A stretch of DNA of 64,000 nucleotides from NCBI RefSeq assembly GCF_000181795.1, contig NW_003526943.1:11646007-11710006 (forward strand). The letters are read 5' to 3'. The notes beneath the pieces are model-generated. The model had not been told where the DNA came from, did not search any database, and saw only the letters and a list, made by a program, of their open reading frames with translations. Positions 12,310 to 24,364 of this stretch are shown piece by piece; position 1 is the first letter of the stretch; each line of letters begins with the position of its first letter. Source of the DNA: Trichinella spiralis. Lineage: Eukaryota. The translations under genes were made by a program, and so were the position numbers.

Positions 12310-13066
12310 AAATTTTCCTCCATCGTCTGATGAATTAGATAGATGGTAAAAATTGTTGAATGTTTCAATTTTTTATTTTATCATTTCAAGATTATCAAAA
12401 TCATCCATCCATCATTCAGGGACTCGGGGGAATAAATATCAGTGGCTAGTGTGTGTGAATCAGTTGAATTGCACAAACTGGAATAATATTTGTGCATAAT
12501 AATCTGGAAAATGTCGAGTGCACACACATCACACAAGCGATAGAGTATGAATAGACGAGTATGTTGTAGTGATTTGTTTGCCGATGTTCTGGATGATGGT
12601 GATGTAATTAATAAGAAGGGAACAATTTATATATGCTGTTCAAGGTAAGTATTATTTGAATTGGATCAAAATGTATTGAATCTGGTGAAAAAGAAGTCGG
12701 ATAAATCAAATTACTAATTTGTCAAATGCAACAACTGGATTTACGTGAATAAACATGATGCAACTGAAACTTTAGGTGAAAAGAGCAAGCAAGCATTTCA
12801 AAGTAGATTTATCGTAAGCATTCCTTTTCAATTGCAAGCAAAACTGTACTGTGTGAACTTTCACTAGCCACAGGATATGGATGGATGTACTGAGGTCATC
12901 ATCAAGTGGTGACCATCGACATATAGTTTATCTTGCTTAGGATTTTATTCGACATGTTGAAGTCAATGAATAAATGACCCTCTCCCCGTACTTTGAAAGC
13001 CCCAAGCACGGAATAAATAATGGTAATTATTGTCAATTGATCATAATAATGGATTCGTGTACAGAG
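12310..13066 (+). ncRNA. Candidate long structured non-coding RNA of unknown family
   Basis: Perfect long-range helices 12402-12412/12877-12887 (11 bp) and 12442-12451/12862-12871 (10 bp) enclose several nested stems. G-U pairs fall on the + strand. A terminal hairpin is followed by ACA at 13061-13063. No convincing ORF. Ends are approximate. Confidence 0.5.
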
Positions 13067-13422
13067 TTTTCGGTAATTTGATCGATTGCAATCCAGTAAA
13101 ACAATTTTTTTGCATTTTCATTTTATAAATTTTTTCAACAAATTGTTTTTAAAATTTTATTTGTTTCAAATCATCAACATTGAGGAAAAATTTCCAATTC
13201 CAAGCAATCATCACAAGGTGGAATAAATTTTCTTCTCTTCGAACACAAAACCCACAAAGATTGACAAAATTTCCCTGCTGCGTTCGAATTGAAGCTGTGA
13301 CACAATATTTTTGCCTCAAAGAACTACTACAGAGAAAAACAAAGTCCATTATTATTATTATTATTATTATGAAAGACAAAAGAATGATATAAATCGGTAA
13401 AATAAAATTTCAAATTCCACTT

Positions 13423-16400
13423 TCACAGTTTACTGTAATTCGACTGTTCGCATAGATACATGTTCAATTGATCGTCGACTTTCAAGTTGGCGTTGTTGTA
13501 AAAGCCGCCCAGCTTGGTAAATCGTCGTCTGTGGCCGACGTTTTCGCCGACAATCCAGGCGGGTGTGGCACCGATTTCTTCCAAAATCGCCTCGAATTCA
13601 GTCCGCTTGCTGTTTCCAGTTGTAAGCCGTCGCTTTTTGGACAGTCGCTTCAGCAGACAAGGCAACAGACGATCGACAATGCACTCTTCGATCAGCAGAC
13701 AGTGGAGAAAGTTGATCAGTGCCAACAACAGTAGCAACGTTCGAAAGCGCATGTCGGGTGGCATTTTCAATTCCAACAAATCGACAATCCAAGCCGGAGG
13801 ATTCAATGTCAGCATTGTCGAGATTCCAACGGCGAACAGTACGCTGAACAGGAACAGACGATTGCTGAACATCGACTTGCGGTAGGGAAACGATTTGGAA
13901 TAGACCACCACAAGAGTAATATATTGGAAAGTCGAAATCAAAAATACCCCAGTAGCCTGGTAGGACGGATGGACTTCAGCTTTGGGTGAAAAATAATGGG
14001 GCACAAACCAAGCCTGCTTCGCTACGTATACGAACGAAAACACTTGATAAAAGATAACGGTGACCAGTTGGAGTAAAAGTGACGAGATGGAATTCGACGA
14101 CATGATGCATACGTTCGGCGCTTTGGGATGTAGACCGTCGGCGGCGGGTGTGCGACCGAACGAGACCGTGAACAAAGTGATCAGAACCAAATCGATGAAC
14201 AAAAATTGAAAATCGGCCAAATTGGAACCCAACCAGTAGACCAACGAGACCGACAAAAACTGAGTCAAACTGTAACTTGCCATGAATTTGAAAATGCCGA
14301 ACGATGTGGTCAACGCGGCCCTGCCTTCACGAATGACCGACACGACGCAGTCGATATTCGCCAGTTTGTACGTAAATGGACTGGCAATGGACGCTTCGCC
14401 GCCGGAAAGGCTAATACCGGCGTGGGCTGCTTTCAAGGCACCACAGTCGTTGGCCCCGTCTCCGCACATGGCTACGATGTAATCGAGCTGTTGCAAAATG
14501 TTCACCAGTTGGGTTTTCTGTTCAGGAGACATTCGGGCAAAGACGTTGCAAACGCAGATCAATTTCGGCAACAAATGGGGAAACCTTTTGCAGAAGATGT
14601 CGAACGTTTTCCCGGACACGGCCAACTGATAGGACGGCTTAATTTGGTGGATTTGGACGGAAAATTGGTCCGCATCCGGTCGTCTGGTTTCTTCTTCCGC
14701 CGATAGTGTAATTTCGTCGGGATGGAGTTGAAAAGTCAAGGTGTCAGATTCGACGGATTCGACGAAATACAACGGCAACGAGTTGTCGACAATCGAACAT
14801 TCACGAGCAACGCAAGTGGCGGTGAGAATGTTGTCGCCGGTGACCATGACGGTTCGAATGCCCGCTTTGCGCAGTTGACCAATCACAGGCGTGGTTTGTG
14901 GTTTCAGGCGATTTTCAAAAATCAGCAGAGCCAAAAGTGTCAAGTCGTGTTCGATCGCGTCGCGGGACATTTTCATCGCTTTCAACAGACTCGTATCCAT
15001 CAGGCGCATCGCCAACGCCAGCACCCGAAATCCCCGTTTCGTGTAATAGCCGAGCACGGAGTCGAAATTTTCCGGAATCGAACTCGACCGACAAAGGCTG
15101 ATCACAGTTTCCGGTGCACCCTGCACAAATGAATCCATTTTATCCGATTTCAACAATATATATATATATGCAAATGCAAATGCATGTCCAACCCTACCTT
15201 GCAGTACAAGATGACTTCGTTGGAGAGCAATTCTCTGGTCAAGACGGACATGCGCTGCAAGTCGGACGAAAATGGAAACTGCTTCAGGACGGCAATTTCC
15301 ACGCCGTTCGGATTCGGCTGGCGAACCAGGGTCGGCGGCAAGATGTCGAACCGTTCACTTTCGTTCACCGCTTGGCTCTCTTCGAACTGCCAGCCGGTCT
15401 CGTTGAACATCACCAAGTCCAGTGGATCTCCCGCCAACTGCTGCCCCATCTGCGTCAACGAATGGCAACAGGCCATAGCACGGACGATGCCGTGGCCGGC
15501 GTCGAAATCCCGCGCCTGCTTCAATTCCACCCTGAAAATGCCCCTGACACGAAAAGAAATTAATTGTATTAATTAATATCTTTTTTTTCCTCCCTGTTTC
15601 TTCATACCCTTGCTGCGGTGTTGGCAAAATTCCCAAAAAGTCCAGCCCGTCTTCGGTCAGCGTTCCAGTCTTGTCAAAGCAGACCACATTAATACCACCG
15701 CAAGTGTTCACTGTATTCGGCGAGATGCAGTAGATGTGCCTTTTTTTCAAACGCGATTCGGCCGCAATCACGCCCATCGTCATCGCTGCCGGCAAAGCTG
15801 GAGGTACGCATATTGTAATCAAATCCAACGCCCTACAACAATACAATACAATACAACGTTATTTATACAACTGTTCATCAGATTATTTTCTATTTACTAT
15901 AAAAAATAAATTTTCAGACCTGACAAAAATTTTCCCAATATTACTTCCGCGTATTGTCATCAAAACGATCGTATAAATAATGCCGACACTGGCGATCAAC
16001 GCGAGCACGCCGACAAAACGAAGCAGATCTTTGGTAAATTCAAAATCAACCGGCTTCGGATACATTATCGAACGAACCAATTGTCCTTTTTGCGTGCTAA
16101 AACCCGTACGCGTTACAACTGCCTAAAACAAAATAAACGATCATGGTTTGTTTCCAATTTTTGCTTTAATAAACCACCACAACAGAGATACATTCAATTC
16201 ATTTATCGACCACATGCAAATGGAATTTGCTACTTTTACAAAATTGAAATTGAATCATTCAATAAACACAGTGCAATCGATTTCATTCCAAACATTCGTC
16301 GCATAAAGTGAGTGTGCATCATGACGCTTTATCAGCAGTAGCAACAACAACAACAATAGCAACACGCAATTTCAAAAATCAAAAGATGAAAATATTACAA

Positions 16401-17714
16401 CATGCATGAGAAACATTTTTCTCTGTGAAGAATTTTAAAGATTATAATTTTACAAGTTCAAATATTGAACAAACAATTAATTTCAAATTAAATAATTTCA
16501 GAAAAAATATAAAAAAAACAAGAAACGAACCTTCACTTCGTGGCCTGAATAGTAACGAGTCTGCAATACATGAGTACCGCAGTACAAGGTATGCTTGGCG
16601 TGGATCTTGTGGTCGTAATTGACTTGAGTAGCACCGCCTGCTGGAATTGCGGTCTTCATCACCGGGACACTTTCACCAGTCAATGAACTTTCGTTGACAA
16701 TACAATTGCCAAAAATAAGCACAGCGTCGCACATCATTATGCATCCTTCGGCTGGTATCAAAATCACATCCCCGGGTACCAGTTGCATGGTCGAGACGCA
16801 TTGGAGTTGTTGATCGCGCAGTACGTTGATCACGTCGGCCTTGTGGACCGTCCTCTGCAACGCGATCTGGTTCTTCTTGATCTGATAAACATCCAGAGCT
16901 ACCGAACATGCCGACATAAGCAACACTATCGACGCATAATAATAATACGTATCCGAGAACCAGATGGTGACGCTGAACAATTGAAAAACGTAAAATGGAT
17001 TCAGAACCTGTAGAAAAATGACGAATTGAATTAATTGAAAATTCAAGCTGATAGCGGGAAATATCATTTTACAACCAACCAACAAACCAACCTCAGTAAA
17101 AACTAATTCCAAAACGGATTTCAAGCGGATTGCAATTTCATTGGTGCCATAAACGGCCATAAGCTTCGACGCCTGCTCGTCAGTCCAACCTCGCCAAGCG
17201 TGCAAACTTTCGCAGTCGATGTTGCCGTCGAAACTCTGCAGACGATGGAAACTGCCCAATTCGGCGAACCAGACAAATTTCAACTTCCGGTAAGTGAAAT
17301 AGCGTAAGCTGCAATGTTCACGCAACGTGCCGCCTTGCTTTAATAAGCAAAAATTTTCCGGACGTGAAACCACACGCACCGGACGTCGAGACCACTGGAA
17401 CGACTCGTCCCTACAAACAACAGCATCACAAAACATTCAAATTAATGGGCAATAAATTCATCAATTTTAATAAATTCAATTAATCACCTGATCAGTACAA
17501 CGTCGGCACGCTTCAATGAACATCTCGTCAAAGCTGCTTTAACGTAAAGCGACGGTTTCCAATGGAGAAGCAGTCTGAAGAAGCCCAAAGTTAAAAAGCT
17601 GGCCAAACGAAGCAAAAATCTTTTCCATCTGCATTCGCAGTAACCCCAAATAGTTATCCGAGTTCGCTCGTCAACTTCCACCGACGTTCCACCGTCGGCA
17701 GAAGACAAGCCCAT
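13423..17714 (-). CDS. ATP13A3: P5B-type cation/polyamine-transporting ATPase (ATP13A2-5 / catp-5/6/7 family), 7 exons, ~1164 aa
   Basis: Exons 17714-17488, 17410-17092, 17007-16531, 16122-15920, 15832-15608, 15543-15198 and 15120-13423 sum to 3495 nt in frame. Motifs: TGES, PPALP (P5B signature), DKTGT, KGAPE, TGDN, GDGAND. The exact paralogue is not resolved. Confidence 0.93.
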
Positions 17715-20250
17715 GAGAAAAAGGCGTACTGAAAAATACAATTCAATCAGGCAAAATTACACCAACCAACCGGAGCATATTCATCAACTGAATCCCCCCC
17801 TCCCCCTCTCCATTTTCAGCACTATGGCAAAACATGAAGCTGAACAGAAACAAGTACAAAAATGAACTGCCGGAAATGCAAACTGCCACAGTGAAGTGAA
17901 TCATTGCCGGAAAACGTGAAACTGGATCATTATTCACTGTGAAACGGACGCAAAATTATTCACAGATCAGACGTGAGCAATACGGTAAATATTTGCATTA
18001 AAAATGAAATGGATAAATTGAAAAACTTAAAAATTGCTATTTTCACTGCAGAATACGCGAAAAATTACAAATTAATACTTGAAGAAACTTTCCTAATAAG
18101 ATAGCATTCAAAGAAACAACTTTTTAAATGAACAAACATTCCCTCTCAACGATGACAACAACACTGCTTCTATAAAATCACTCTTTTTTTCAGCTTTTAT
18201 ACAGTGAAATAAAATTCTAGAAAACAATTATAACAAAATAAACAGTAATCAAATAAATGAAACATAACAACAAATTTAAATATTAAAAAATTCGTCTTTC
18301 ATATTTACCAATTCAAACAGAAGAATATGAGCTAAGTTACACCTCCAACTGCGTTTCTTTGATCAAAGAAACGTCTTCAATCTTTGCAATTTCAATTAAA
18401 TCCAATTTTATCACTCCTGAAAAACAGCAACAATTATAAACGACATACTTACTACTTCAAGTAAGCTAAAAGTACAGAAATCATCTCAAGTGAACAATAT
18501 ACTTCAAACAATTCATCTACGAGTAAATACAATAATACATTTCAAAATAATGAATAAATGAAAATACCAAAATACCACTAAATTGTCAAAAAACACTTGA
18601 ATTAACAGGTAAGGACACTTGTTCTACAGGGCGATCACTGCAAACAATAGCACGATTGATTCAACGCTTTATTTTTCAACTCTAAAATTATAAACATCAA
18701 TAAAATGTTAGATAAGGCAAAACAGTCAAATTTGCAATCAGTTCAAAGTTCTTCCTGCCATTATTTGCATTTCCAGTACAATTCACAAAAACAGTTGGAG
18801 ATGTTTGAAAAAAACTAATCAATCAATTTGAAACTGATTAGCCTAATAAAAATTTCATCTAATAAATAACAATGAAAGTCATTAAAAATCATACTCATAA
18901 ACAAGATATACTATGTATGTATTATTATAATCCTTAAATAATCATTCAACTAGGAAAATGAAATTGAATATACAACAAAAAATGACACAAAAATGGATAC
19001 ATTAAAATGAAAGTTGCGTTTATTAGTAGATAAATTAATAAAATTTTATACAAAAATAATTAATAAATAATATATTGTGAAAAACAAAGAAGAAACATTC
19101 TACACAACACATAAAACTAATTTCTTCACTTGAAACAAATATTTTAAAATTTAAAGCAAAATAATGAATTTCTGCTCAAATTATCAAATTTGAAAAGCAA
19201 AAATTGATAATTCCAATGCAAAAATTCATCACTTTCATTTTAGAAAATGGACTTAATTTTAGAAGGCTAAAGACACAATAAAATACGAAATAAAATGTGA
19301 TTTTATACATTTTTGCAAAAAAAACATGCTATTTATTTAAAAAAAATACATACGTAAAGGAATATCAAATTACGTTAACCTCAAGCTATTGAAATAATAC
19401 AGTATGAAAACAAAGAAACAGTATCAAACAAGCAAGTTTAATTCAAGAAATATTTTATTTATTTACGAATGATGCCAATTGTAAACTTGGCATTTTCTAA
19501 ATAATTCATAATTTTTAATAAAAATTAAGTTAAAAATTTATTTTTATACTGAAATATGAACAAAATAGAATAAACAAAGTGTTTCATTTGGATTTATATA
19601 GTCGGTATACTATACAAATAAGCTGCTCTTATTTTTTAGTTTCATAAAGAAAACTCAAATAATATAAGCTAATTTTAAATTTTTAAAATGATAAAAAGAG
19701 CAATATTTATTTTTAACTTCCAATGTGAACATTTTAACTCCAAAGTGATTGAAATAATCTGTAACTTTCGAATCTACCTTTTCTTTTTGCTCGAAACGTG
19801 TTGACGTTGCGAGATTATCAAGATATCTATGTGAAACTGTTTCAATGATGAGAAACACCAAATGATTCAAAAATAATCTCAGCTAATTTTGTACTTTTAT
19901 ATCTGACGTCATATATTTGCTCATTTGCCGAATAGTGGGATTTATAATTGTGTATTATTTGCTCTGACATCAAGCATGGTCATAAATTTGCCAAATATTG
20001 CACTTTTGCACTGAATTTCCTACGGTCATTTTTCGGCAGTAAAATTGACGCACAAATGACGAAATGTACAAAGTGTCAAGTAATCCAGCCGCAATACCAA
20101 CGTTTTCTCATTGTTCGCAAAACAATCAAGACGGCTGCTGAATTTAAATTGAATCAACGCAGCTTAATCGTGTTCCATTTATTCACCGAATCAATTGCAA
20201 TTCGCATATTTCATAAATGGCTGACAAAGGTTTGGAGTAGTTATCGATTT

Positions 20251-20276
20251 GGGGGAGGGGAGGGGAGGGGGGGGGG
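20251..20276 (+). other. G-quadruplex-capable G tract
   Basis: GGGGGAGGGGAGGGGAGGGGGGGGGG has four G-runs with 1-nt loops. Confidence 0.7.
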
Positions 20277-23200
20277 AGAAGAGAAACTGTCATGCTTAGA
20301 TAGAGATGTCAAGCATAGAATTGCTATAGGTTTTCCACTTTTTGCAAATCTTCTCATAAGAACAATTTTTCCAACAACCTTTTCCCCCATTAATGCCTCT
20401 TTTATTTGTTAACAGTTCTGTTTCACGCTTACGTGTTGTTCTGGATTTAGAGTGATGCTGTTGTCCAAGAGGGGAATTTCAGTTTCATTTGCTTGTCTCA
20501 TTTGCTGTTACTAATGTCAGATTAAGGGAAATTTTTATTCGCAAATTAAATTCATCTGCTCTGTTCGATTTAGCTGCACATGTTCATTTTCTACGTCACG
20601 TCGAGGGTCAATTACCAATGACAGTTAGCCCAGGCACTGCAATAGCAATCACTTAGTGGGAAGAATTGCATACGTTCAACTTTGAAATTCCACGGTAAGA
20701 TATTTCAAAAAGGCTTCTCTGTATGGTAAAATTTAAAACAATAAAAAAACTTTTTATAATAAAATCTAACTCGAATCAAATTACTGAAAATAAACAAATC
20801 ATTATTAATTAGTATGCAATAAAAGGATTTGTCACGATCAATCCAATGTTCAATTGTACATTAGCTTGTGCAAAAAAGAATGAATATTCAGCATCTTTTC
20901 CATTTATCTGAAATTTATAAATTAAAATAATAAGCAATCATTAAATATTATTTTATTTAATCTAGTTTCAAATCATTTTATTAAATTTATATACAAAAAA
21001 TTTAATTTCAATTTTGTTAATTTGATAATTACTAAAAATAAATCTTTGCAAAGTTGTTCTACGGCAAGTCATTCACAGCCAACGCTAATATGATCGTGCT
21101 GCTTGTCCAACAGCTGCCATCTCTATGAAGCGGATGTTGGCTATAATTGTTAAAAGCCATTTTTACGACCAATTTTAATAGTAAAACTTTGCGTGCCGAA
21201 TAGTAAGTTATCTGTACTGTTCACCAACGGCGCCAGCATGCTCGCAATAAAATACTAATATTAAACCTGTCAGTACTATCTACTCGTAAAATAAAGGTCA
21301 TCACGGGTTATTAAATGTTCCCTTGCAAAACGTTTTCTATTCTATTCTATTCTTTCTGATGTAGCAGGTTAACTGAAATTACCATATCCGGTATTGGAAT
21401 TTATTACGAAATTACTGTATACTGTCGAAATGCAAGTACAGATAAAAATGGAATATTCAACTTTTTTATTTAAACAATAATATTTAATGTATCAAGTGAT
21501 GTTGTGAAAAATGTAAATGCAATACAAGAAACTTTCTACCAAATAACGTGAAAAGCTGGTAGCATTGAATTTAAATTGCTTGGCATTTTTACATCAGAAA
21601 AAATGTTGCTGAAAAGCTGATGTAGCATCGTCATTCGTTTGTTTGTTGAGTCATCCATGACTATTATCAATTATATTCAGTTGCGTTATAATCGACTTGG
21701 GCGGCCGCCCCCCCCCATTGCGAAAAATTTTATGCAACTTTTATTATGTTCATCCCCTGGATCCCAAATAAATCGTCTGGATACTATATCCTCACCGCCC
21801 CCCCCCCTCCCTGTAAATTAGACGTATCAACGCTTCTGATTATAATGTACACACGTACAATGTGCACAAATGATATGAATGTAAAAGGTAATGAAAGCAA
21901 TGATTTTAAAATCTTTTCAACGATTCAAATTGTCTTTTAAACTTTATTATGATTTTATATATTCAAAAAATGAATTCATCACAGTTTTCAATGTTAAATA
22001 ATAACGAATTATTCTTTTTTATAATGAAAATTGTTTCTAAATTTTGTAAATTTCATTTTTCAGTTTTCACGCTATGGACAAATTTTCGAATTATTGCTAA
22101 TTAAATTACGACTGAATGCTTCTATTCTATGTATTCTATTTTATGATAAGTATAAACTGTGTGAGGATAAAATTGTTTAAAAGTTCTACATTATTCTTGC
22201 TTAATATGCATAACTTTTGCATTAATATTTTTTACATTAAAATGCTTTCAAAAAAATAATAAATAAGACCATGAGAAAGTATACAGAAATATGAATTTAA
22301 ATCAAGGAAAAATCATTGAAGAAATGAAAAGAAAATATTCAATAGTTTAGTAATGTTGCAACTTTTATGATGCAATATTAAATGAATGAACAACATTTTC
22401 TGCAATAAATCTGAGTAATTTTACAATTCATTGTTTTAATTTTTATGTCAATGTAATTTATAAGAATAACATTTGCATAAAATTGCATTAAATTTGTGAG
22501 ATGATGTAATCACCGATGCAGTTTAATCTGAAAAGTTGTGCAATAATCATTTCTGATTGAAGATTAAAAATTGCCTTCTGTTCAAATAGCAGCTGACATT
22601 TTCTTAATGAAAATATTTGATAAGCCACTTTTGTTTTCAATGCGCTTCCTCATTAGCTTAATAAGTTGTTTTCGCAGATGTGGTTTTATTATTACTTGGT
22701 TACTTTTATTTTCATTTTTATAGCTGTCAATTTTGTTTTGAGATGTTCAGAAATACGTGAGCTTGTACAGTTAGCTGTATGTCAAATGCTTATTTCATAT
22801 TTGCATAGTTTTGTTTCAAAAAATTTCAAATTGCATATGCAATTTCTCTACCAAAGCATAGTATAGTAGCAAAAGCATCCTTTTGACAAAACAAAGATTT
22901 ATTCAGGTTGATCACAATTGATTGGATAATAAAATGATAAATTAAAATTTTCCAATTTCAAGTTGTGTTAACAAGAAGCAATTATTGTTGAAATTTTGAT
23001 TAATTTTATTCATTTCTTGATTTTTATGATATCAACAAATAATGGAAAAAATTTGAAATCAATCATTGCATGAAAAATTTTACACGCTTGTTTTGGCATT
23101 CTTTAGTTCAGCTGAACCAAAACAACTTTTTAATAAATTTAATGCATTTTTCATGCATTCATCTTGCACTGTTATACTATTGGAAAAAAAGAAATGTACA

Positions 23201-24348
23201 GCAGTATATATATTATTAAAATTACATTCAATTTTTTTAATCAAAACAACTAGCTAGGCTTTGTATAAAATTCAAATTTCCAAATGGTATTTTTGTTTTA
23301 CTTGAGCCACTTGGTCAAAAATTACAGAATGTGCTACAGCCTGAAAAAATAAAATTTTCATTCAATATTTTATCACCATACTGCATGCAGATTAAAATAA
23401 ACAACATTGTTTAATATCAATTATTAACACTTTTCATCGAAATATGAAGCTGATTCTGCAAGGAAAGTTTCAATTTCTTTCATCAGAGGCAGTAAATTTC
23501 ATATGCAAAATTAAAAAATTGTATTATACGTTATTTTCTTTTTGTTATTCAAGGCAATTGACAGTTAAATGTTTAAAAAAGAAAAGTATAAAATTTTAAA
23601 GTATTTTAATTACTTATAGTATTTTTGAAAAAAAATATATGCTCTGAATAGGTGTAAAGATAGAATTTTAAACAAAACTAAATTTTAAGAAATTTTCATA
23701 TTTCATTGTTATAAAATCATTATTGTTGTGATAATTATTTCCTATAATCTATTTCAAGTGAATCAATTTATTCAATGAAATATGTATTTATTAAATAATC
23801 CTATGATAATTATGACCTAATTGTCATAGGATGTGTTGTCTTAATTTGCAAGTATCTGATGCATCAAGTAAAAAAGAAATTAATTTCTTTTTGGAATATA
23901 TCAATAAATGAAACATAATCGGTTTATTTGGCAAATATCAAAATTTGAAAAGTTTTCAAATATTTGCATTGTTGCGATGTGAAAAAGTATAAAATTAGAG
24001 TGAATTATTTTTGTACACAAGTGGTGTAGCGTATAATTTCCTGAAAACGTGCCAAAATTGATGAATTGGTGTGCAGGTTCAAATGAAGTAAAAAAGCTGA
24101 AATAATGAAATTTATCATTTTCGTCATCATCAAAATTTTCAGTTGTTGAATGATGTTATTGAATTGAAAAATGTTGAAATTTATAAAATAAAGATGAAAA
24201 AGACTATTTGTATTAATTAAAAAATGAGAAATTATTATTCCTTTTTTGTTTTTTCAAATGATTTATGCCAGATGTCGCTGGTGATTTTGTAGATCAGGTC
24301 ACAATAGTTCAGTTCAGGCACACTGTAGTGTTTTTTTTGGACAGTGGT

Positions 24349-24364
24349 TGGCGCCATCTAGTGA
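24349..24364 (-). promoter_or_regulatory. Putative CTCF-binding site within a GC-rich non-coding island (~24340-24800)
   Basis: The + strand reads TGGCGCCATCTAGTGA; the reverse complement TCACTAGATGGCGCCA closely matches the CTCF core CCACTAGRKGGCGC. Confidence 0.5.

Noticed and set aside
12320..12346. Hammerhead ribozyme (CTGATGA)
   Set aside because: No correctly placed GAAA or three-way junction; the motif lies within a simple hairpin.
12480..12652. U1 snRNA gene on the minus strand (starts ATACTTACCT)
   Set aside because: No stem-loop I GATCACGAA motif, cloverleaf or Sm site follows. It is better read as a 5' splice-site consensus on the + strand.
12413..13012. Group I intron (R-like TTCAGGGACT, S-like GACATATAGT) or group II domain V (CCGTAC..GAAA..GCACGG)
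   Set aside because: P7 pairing and element order do not fit, P/Q elements are absent, and the DV-like hairpin lacks the AGC/CGC triad.
12400..13066. Firm call as telomerase RNA
   Set aside because: No template complementary to TTAGGC or TTAGGG on the + strand and no template-adjacent pseudoknot identified.
13468..15976. Many + strand ORFs opposite ATP13A, and overlapping ORFs within the last SEMA5 exon
   Set aside because: They are shadow frames of GC-richer coding exons with no recognisable motifs.
19948..20412. 154-aa ORF
   Set aside because: Non-ATG start, runs through a G tract, no domain signal or exon context.
21077..21142. Stem AGCCAAC/GTTGGCT as a snoRNA or miRNA hairpin
   Set aside because: Only 7 bp with weak internal pairing; no box H/ACA or C/D context.
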